Part shown: one piece after another, positions 42,301 to 51,300 of the stretch | How positions within the stretch are numbered: the stretch's first letter is position 1 | How the letters are laid out: the number at the start of each line of letters is the position of its first letter | Assembly: GCA_002633005.1 (NCBI GenBank) | Contig: NMRA01000611.1 | Coordinates: 184,248 to 248,247 of the forward strand | DNA from: Phoronis australis | Lineage: Eukaryota; Animalia; Phoronida | Length of the DNA: 64,000 bases | Direction of reading: 5' to 3' | Notes under the pieces: generated by a model | Databases searched by the model: none | Seen by the model: the letters and a program-made list of their open reading frames with translations, nothing else | Told to the model about the DNA's origin: nothing | Made by a program: the position numbers and the translations under genes

Positions 42301-45300
42301 GTCGGAAAATCATCGTCAGCTGTCTTATTTATAGTAAGAACATGCCAATTTCCACAATCATCCTTAGAGTGGTTTGGTTGATAGAGGGGTGGACTGATAG
42401 ACTGTGAAATGTAACAATTTTGTAACAACTGTTACATTTTACATCATTGTTACATTTTAGGTTGCTAAGCCTCTCCTGAAATGTAACAAATAGTTACATT
42501 TTACATAGTTGTCATGCCAGAAATGTACCATTGTTACATTTTCCAAAACCCACATCATATTGCAAAGAAAATGACCAAAATCAAGAACCTGACACGGCGG
42601 GGGTATACTGGAGTATTTTTAGATGAGGAGTGGCGCCCGGAAAATTTGAATACCTACCCGTTTAAGAGAGTGGGCTTGAACTAAAAAGTGACCCATTTAG
42701 AGACTAATTTATGTAAAAATTCACATTTTCCCACAGAAATTCAGAAAGCCACCTTTTAGATATAGTTTTGTCGGAAATGGCACCATTTTGGAGAGTATTT
42801 TTTTCTGTGAAAAAAACACCCTGTTGGGCTGCACTTTTCATATACATCTTCTATAGGAATGAGTCGGGCTGACATGACATGAATTTGGCTACTTATTATG
42901 ATTTTTATTAGTATTACATTACTATCACTGTTACTGCTACTACTGCTTTTACTACTATCACTAGCATTACTCTTTGTCGCTTCATTTTCGTTATTATTAT
43001 TATTAATATTTTTAAATTTATTGATTGAGGACACAATACGTGTTTAACAAAGTCCTGATACATTATGGTCCTCAAAGATCTTAAAATCATTTCATTTATG
43101 GTTCAATGTTGTCATCGGGCTTTCCATAGAGGACGGCGAGTGCTGTTCGAAAAGGATTTTAAAGGGGCTCCTATGTTCAGCTTTAACTATATTGCGAGGA
43201 ACGTCTTGACAGCTGTAGATGCAGAGTAGGCTTATTGTTTGGAAACAGGAAGGCTGAGATTTAAAATCTTGTTTAGACATGCACCAACTTCAAAATTGAT
43301 TATTTCTGACCTATCACAAGCACTGTATTATTTGTAAATATAACTAAATTAATCTGAACTGAATTCAGACCGCAATATTGTCTCTGACTTGTTGAAAACA
43401 TTCCTTGTCAAAGAACTGGGATTCGTTCCATGGTGATATGGAAGTTCAAAAATTGTGTTAAGTTGAACTCTGGAGGCACACATTTTTCGGCAATTCTAAC
43501 GACTAGTCGGCTGCGGTCACCGGGTCATTAGAATAGCTGGTAATGGACATACAAAACACGCAACGATTTTACGTGGAATGGGCCCCAATATTCTTAGAAA
43601 AGTGCTGCGAGTTAACAGAATGATTACAGCTAGGTTTCATTGAGAATGGATTGCATAGAACAACAACCGCCAACGGCAAAGTCAGCAATGTTTAATATGA
43701 ACATTAAATGCAATGCAGCAAAAAGATTAATATGCCAAATTCCCTTATGTACGAGCTGCAACACAAAAAGTGGCACCTCATGAGACACATGCCTTCACGT
43801 CCAGTCAGCTTCTTTGGACTATAAGTGTACCTTTAAATTATAGTCCTTTCAGAGTGCAAAATATTTTCCCCAGCTAGGCATCCCACTTTTATGTATACAC
43901 GTCACGGTTTCATCTGTTGTTACCACCGCTATTTCAAGCAGGTTAGACATCATAGAAACTTTCTTTCGGCGTTCAAGCTGTATTACACACGTTACTATGC
44001 CATCATTTTTTACACTATTGGCTCGCTGTGCTCAAAGGTGGCGTTTTGCTGTTGCTTTGGCAAAGCCTGTCTACCTGCCGGCAAATAAAAACGTGCTTTT
44101 ATTTCCTTCCATCACAATGTTTAAGAAATTGCCATTCCTAACTAAGGTGGTAGACAGAGCCCATGGGCATCAGCAACTTTGGTTTTGCTCTTTTTGTGTG
44201 GAGCAGGGCAATTAGGGCATTAGCGATGACTCCAAGGCAATAAAACAATGGCCAAAATAAACTAAAACTGGTTTTTTTCTATGAAATTGGCTTCCGAAAT
44301 TGAATTCTCCATGAAAAAATTGTTGTTGTCCTTCGTTTCCGAAGAAACACAATAAATTTTAGCCAAATACAATGTCATTATTGTTCATACCAAGGGAAGC
44401 GTGTTTACTATAATGTGGGATACACAGTTGCTCTATGAGCGCCAACAAAAGATTGCAAGAAAGCTTTAACGATAAAAAACTTGTTACCTGATCCTGTAAA
44501 ACTCCTTTCGCGTGGAGTTGAAACTGAACGCTGAGCATTTTTGACTACACTATAAAACTATTCACGTTAAAAAAACATGGAAAGTGCATAGGGACACATC
44601 TATCAAGTCGACCTGGCACATTTCATTCAAACTATCCGAGAAAGAAGGCATTAAGTGTGTCAACGGTTTTCCTCGGTGTGACAAATACAATGCAAACTCA
44701 GGAAATATGATGTGGCTTTCCTCTTTCTGGCATGTAACAATTACATAAATAATAATGTAACAACTTGTTACATTTCAGGAGAGGCCTAGCAACCTAAAAT
44801 GTAACAACTGTTACATTTTACGAAATTGTTACATTTTATCAGTGGACGCCTAAAAACAGACTAAAACTTACAGTAAAAATGGCCACTAGGTTGCGCAAAT
44901 TACGTTGAATCTATCCGAAAACGGGAGGATAGCGTCGTCTCACTAATAGATGCCAACATGCCAAATTTTATGAAAATACACTGAAGACCTTTGAAGATAT
45001 AGGTAACCGTAAAAAACTAATTAAAATTGCCACCAGGCGGCACACCAGTAGTCGGATCTGTCTGAAAGTTCGCTCATGCCATCCCATCCATGAACTGAAC
45101 ACATGCAAAACTTCATGAACATAATCAAACGGTTTTTGAGTTAGACTAGCGGACGCCACACGGATGAACGCTGGACGAACGCCGCACAGAGATGACGGCA
45201 TAATGCGTCCACCTATAAATATGTGGGTGCATAATAATTGAGTAATAAAGGAAATATAAATCATTAAATCAAAAATGCCAACAGCATATGGGAAGATGAA

Positions 45301-48300
45301 TACTTGATCAGAGTTGACGTGATAATCCAATTGCTTCCATCACTGGGATTGAATCATTTCGATATACACAAAAACAACATTTCCAAGTTAGTATAAAACA
45401 GTACTTGAAACGAAATTAATAATAGATGAACCATCCATTCCTTTTGGCAGTAGAGACGAATTAATCACAGCACCAGAACAGGGTGGCAGCAACTTCGCTT
45501 GTGCACAAAGTTTATTGAATACGTGGCAATGATGTTTGTTTATTATAGCTGACATTCGCCTAAACTCTAGATCTGTTTGTTGAGCCTTTGAAGTGCAACA
45601 ATAGAGTAGAATACATTGAATTCCCAAATTTCTTCTGAGGCTTTGTGTGTTGGACAAAAACAATTAAAGCAAAAATTAAAAAGCAAAAATTACAATTTTA
45701 TGGACCTCTCACATTCAGGAATTCAATTTCAGTAGATTTATTGTAATCGAATGGTTACAATTTTGCGATGGAGACTAAAAATTAAATGCATTATCATAAT
45801 TTATGACCTATCAATGTCTTTGTTACATCTTGGTTTGTAAAAGCCTTGAACAAGACTCCAACATTGTTGCAATGATGCCCAGAGTCAGTGAAAATGAGTT
45901 TGTTGACTAGCATCGTGTCTGCTATCTCCTCTTACAATCAACAATCCAGGATAAACATTGGTCAAAGGTCATACATATGTACTCAGATTCAAGTCAGACT
46001 TAAAATTTGTAAGTTTACTCAAAGCGTAGCAAGCACTTGATCAATATTGAAGTCAAATTACGAGGTTCAAAAAATAGGCCCACTAAGGTGTAATGTGGTG
46101 TTATACTGAGTCCGCGCAAGATACACGCCAGTAACACAGGTTGAACTAAAACAAAAAGTTCAAGGAAGCTATATACATGATGCTACACAACAATGTCTTC
46201 ATTCAGCCTAGTAAGTAGCCAAACGACACTTGGATAACATTCCTTAGGAAATAAGTTAACGGGTTACTAGTAATCAGACCGCTAGACTGAAAATTACAAG
46301 ATCCCAAGGTTCAAACCTTGCCATCTAACAGGAAAAATAAAATCCAAGTGCCACCATGAGGGTAGGATATACCAGTGATGTAACACCTGAAGATGGCTGA
46401 AGTGATCGACCCAAACAATGTGCCGAATGTAATTAAGCTTGAGCTTGGGGTAAATACATGCAGGGAATTTAGCCATGATGTTAGATTGTTGTATTTTGTT
46501 ACTTGTGACCTGTCATATTCTACCCACAAGCTCATTTAATTAATAAAATCACAATGTTATCAACTGATATCAGATCAGATGATGACTGAGCAGGAAACAT
46601 CAAAATGAGAACTGACGTCATTCCGATATCGCTGAAATTTAAGACCAGTCTTCCCTGTTGTCATTTTTGATTTAAAATTGCATCTGGCAAAGACCACAGC
46701 ATTTGCCCCAACATGTCCCCATACAACTGCAAAGTTTCTTAAATACAAATACAAATAGTAGGTAACTTATACCGTATAATTTTAAACAACGTATTCTTGG
46801 AGCAATTCCAAAATTAGACCAAAAAAGATAAATAGGACTGACCACTGAAGAATGTCATCTGGAGTATCCCACAATAAACGCAGCACGAGAGAGGACAGCT
46901 GATATGTGGGAGGGTATCAGTTAATAAATTCTCAGGTCATGTTTCAACCTTCACTTAACACAAAACGTATCCTGGAGATTCAACATGAAAGAATCAGACA
47001 CAGAAGTCAGACGTGCAAGACATTACACAGCACCAGTAGTGGTCATTTTGGTTCTGATTTTGCTGTTGGCCTTGGTCAGTTTTGGATTGGCCATCTATGT
47101 TCTCTTTGAGGTACAACACCTGAAGGACAAAGCAGCCACAAAGAATGATGGTTTTCAGGACCGGCTCAAAGTTAATGTACTGGACGATGGTCAAACCACT
47201 GTGTACAATGAACTGGTGAAACTGAAACAAGAAAACAACCACCTTAAAGTACGTCTTTCTCAGAGCGAGAGAAAAATGGAGCGTCAGCTTAAAATCATGC
47301 GTGCAACCATATTAAGTCAATATGAACAAGCAGAAACCATGAACACTCTTCAAAAAACCGAGTTTGAAGTGAACAAAACCATGTCAATTTCTCGAGGAAA
47401 GCGTACAGTCCACAACCCCACAGCAGAAGTGACCAAGTTTCAGTGTCTACAAGGAAGAGATGGCAGAGATGGGCGTGATGGCCAACCAGGACCCCCCGGT
47501 GCCAATGGCATTAGTGCAGATGACTTGCAGAGAGTACTGAGCACATTCCAGGAGTCCATGCTGCAAGCACAAAAGACTAAGACGGAGGTGAAGTATCACA
47601 ATGGGACTGAAGGTGGAGCTGTGTACATAAGGTGGGGACGAACATCATGTCCAACAATGTCCAAACTGTTGTATGATGGGATTGCAGCAGGTTCATATTA
47701 TGCTCACACTGGAGGTGGAAGTGAGAAGCTTTGTCTCCCACATGATCCACAGTGGGGAAAATACCAAGATGGCTTCCAGAGTAATTCATACATATACGGT
47801 GCTGAATATCAAATCAATGGTGCCAAAGTATTTTCGCGAAAAAATGCGAATGACGCAAGTTTGTATGAGCATGATGTTCCCTGTGCTGTATGCTACACCC
47901 CATCGAGAGCCTCTCAACTCATGATTCCAGCCCGGAGAGAATGTCCTGCCACCTGGACCAAAGAGTACAGTGGATACCTAATGGCAGAGCAATACAGTCA
48001 TCACCGGTCCTCATTCGACTGTGTTGATGAAGCCCCAGAGGTGATCCCAGGAGGTGGTACCAACCAGAATGGAGCACTATTCTATAATGTTGAAGCCACA
48101 TGTGGATCATTGCCTTGTCCTAACTATGTGGATGGACGGGAACTGACCTGTGTTGTGTGCACCAAATGACCAAGAAAACAATAACAAAAATGTGTTTTCT
48201 AGATGTCAAACATTGAACACAAGGAACGTAATGTGCCATCATTAAATCAAGTAATAAGCATATTCAAATGATTAATAAAATATTCACAAAATTGTAAAAT

Positions 48301-51300
48301 CAAAAATACCAGCAGAATATGGGAAGACAGTGCTAGATCAGTGTTGATATGATAATTCAGTTACATCAATCTCTTCCTTGGATTGGCGCATAAAAACACA
48401 CACACAATTAAATATTTCATGTTTTACTTAGTACATAAACAACAAATTATTACCACGCAGAACTACAGAGGAAATTCTGAAAATATAAGCTATGTAATGT
48501 CGCATTGCTAATATTAATAAAACTGCTTTGGTGTGGCTTACCTCTTCATCTGTCAGTGCAGAGTCAAAGTTTGGTAGGAGAAGTCTACTGTCTTCATAAT
48601 CAAACAGCTCCTTAGGGGTGCAATGTGACGTTTGATAGTCGGCAAAAAACTAAAGTAAAGAGAATCAGACTGACGACACTGTATTTGATAATAAAAACAC
48701 AGTTTAAGATTACTGTCAACATTTTGTCGTCATCCTTGAAAATAATAATCCCTTATTCGCTGCCCAAAAATTAGCAGAAAAGTATTTTCACACACAACGA
48801 CTTATCCCAGGAAGGAACAAGTTGATATCAACTTTTTAATTTGGTATAACAATTATTCTAATCAAGTCAGTCTTTTTGGCAAAAAGCATGTTCAACTGTC
48901 ATCAATTCAGCGCACTGAGTAGAATAGAATGCCTGAAGACTTTTTTACCTTGTTTGTGGCAAAACGCATTGCTTGCGTTCCGACAGTAATGCTTGTTTTT
49001 CCGAGCAAACTCCGCCAAAGTACATCACCGTTTTCCTGTTCATGTGCTTCATACAATGACACAGCCACCTGATTTTGTAGAGTTGGACGACCAATGGAGT
49101 ATGCAGCATACCTAACAGAGACACACATGGAGTGGAAGTGAACAAAGTTGGATGACCAATGGAATATGCAGCATACCTAACAGTGACACACATGGAGTGG
49201 AAGTGAACAAAGGGCCAGACAAACCTAGCATTTTCTGTCCTTCAGATACAGGAGGCAAGGCAATCATTGGCCTTCGACATGTATTCAAATTACAATCTCC
49301 CCGTGTTCCTAGACGAATTTCAATGCTAGTTACTGTTCCTAAATCACCGCTTAACAACAAGTAATACATGTATCCTTCCCAAACATACATAATGCACATG
49401 GAAATTGACATGATACGACAACAACAAACTGGCATAGAAATACATCTTTGAAGATTCTTTCTAAAGCACCAACAATGCTCAACTCACAAATGTTTCACAC
49501 AAAAATGCAACTGTTTGAAGACTTGATCTGTTGAATGACAGTTGCCATATGGTGAAATTCTGCAAACACCACCCCCTCCAAAAATGTGAATTTTTAAACG
49601 CAAGAAATTGTTTAACACTGTCCTCAATTCAGATTTCTGATGATCGGGCCCACTCAAACAAAAACTATATCTAACACATTTTGTTCAAATGAGTCCTACT
49701 GCGACTACAATTGCACCACATGTGTTTGAACATGCACGGTTGCAAAGATTGCAAAGCCATTAATGGTTGAAGTAATCGCAGATCATCTACAACTTGCAAG
49801 AAATAGTAGAGAAAATATTAATTGCAGTGTCTGCTGAGCAAACTTAGGAAAATGCTGACTAACAGGACAGACGATAAATCCATAATGTACCAGAACATCT
49901 CGAGCACAGCACTCATCTTTAACTAGTATTATGACATTGAATTTAAAATTTGATTATCTTAATCCGTGACAAAGTTTGTGTCCGTGGAGTTTGGTAGATT
50001 AGCCATCAAGATCAAAATAAACACACACCAGAGTGAATCAAATCTCAGGCAATGAGCACTTGAATACAGTGATTTGTTAAGTGGTCCTGCGTCACCGCCG
50101 TTGGGACAAATCACCGACCGTCCTCTTTGCAGACCAGATGCATTGCGACAGGGACAGCAGAAACCCTACAAAAGACGAGACAGATATCAGGTACTCAATA
50201 TCAGTCAACTGAAGCAGATGTATTGTGCTTACACAAAAACTGTTTATCACGCACTATTTCATACAATTTAAATTTTTTTTAATTGCATGCAGTCTGATAC
50301 ACGTTGTACCAGACCTGCGCACGCAGCGCATGTGGGCCCATTTTTATGCTTAAAACCGAGCTGAGAAGCTTGAAACCTGACTCAAGGGTTTAGCAGTGTG
50401 ACCCAGTGGGACTTGAACCCACGATCTTGAGTCTGAGTAAAGAAAGTAGGCTCCTCTCACACTAGGCCACACTGCCTCCTCTCATACAATTATAAATTGT
50501 TATGACCTTCTAACTATAATTGTTAACGGTATTATTTCACTATAATATGTTGTATTTGTGCGTAATTTTGGAAACAGATGTTTGTGTAGGCACATTCTAT
50601 GAAACTGATCTAAACCATGCCTTGTATATAGCAACTCGCCAGTCTTTCAGTTGCTTAATCAGAACACCATTAAACACTGACAGTACATTAACTAGTGTGT
50701 GATGATTACTAGTGGTTGAACTCTGATGTTTTGTATAGGATTATAACAGCATGAGCAATCTTCTAAAGGATTCTCCTGTAGCGTAAGATGAGTGGTGAAA
50801 TTTTGGTTACTTGTTGTTCTAACCTATAACCAGTTTGGCATTATTTCAATTCCTGCAGGAGAGCAAAACAAACACTTAATATGGCAATCAAAAGAGCATG
50901 AAACTCATTGATGGACCAAGTGACACAACTGGTGATATACACAATCATACTTCCTATGTCAATAACTAAGACTATAATATTACTAACAGACCAATAGGTG
51001 ATGCTAGTGAATTGATATTGAAAATCATGAATCCCCAATGAATTTTTTTGTTTCCAAGAAAATGACTACAAAGTTGTGATGCGCAGTGTTGTAAAGAAGC
51101 TTTTGCAAGGTGTTGGCAACACAGTTAACATGTCAAAACAAGAAAAGACTCGGGCATTTACTATCCATAAAAGTTAACCATCACCAACTATGAAAGTGAG
51201 GGAAAATTCTTGTATTTAGTGCATCTGTGTAAGTCTTGCAATATACTGTGCCCATTAGATTTCACGCTAAGTGGGTGGACAATAAACTGAATGCAAAGAA

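Noticed and set aside
49112-49435. ORF containing GDLGTVTSIEIRLG... as a HAP2 exon
   Set aside because: Exons 50165-50029 and 49111-48949 splice directly to give the conserved LW|Y motif, so this ORF is intronic.
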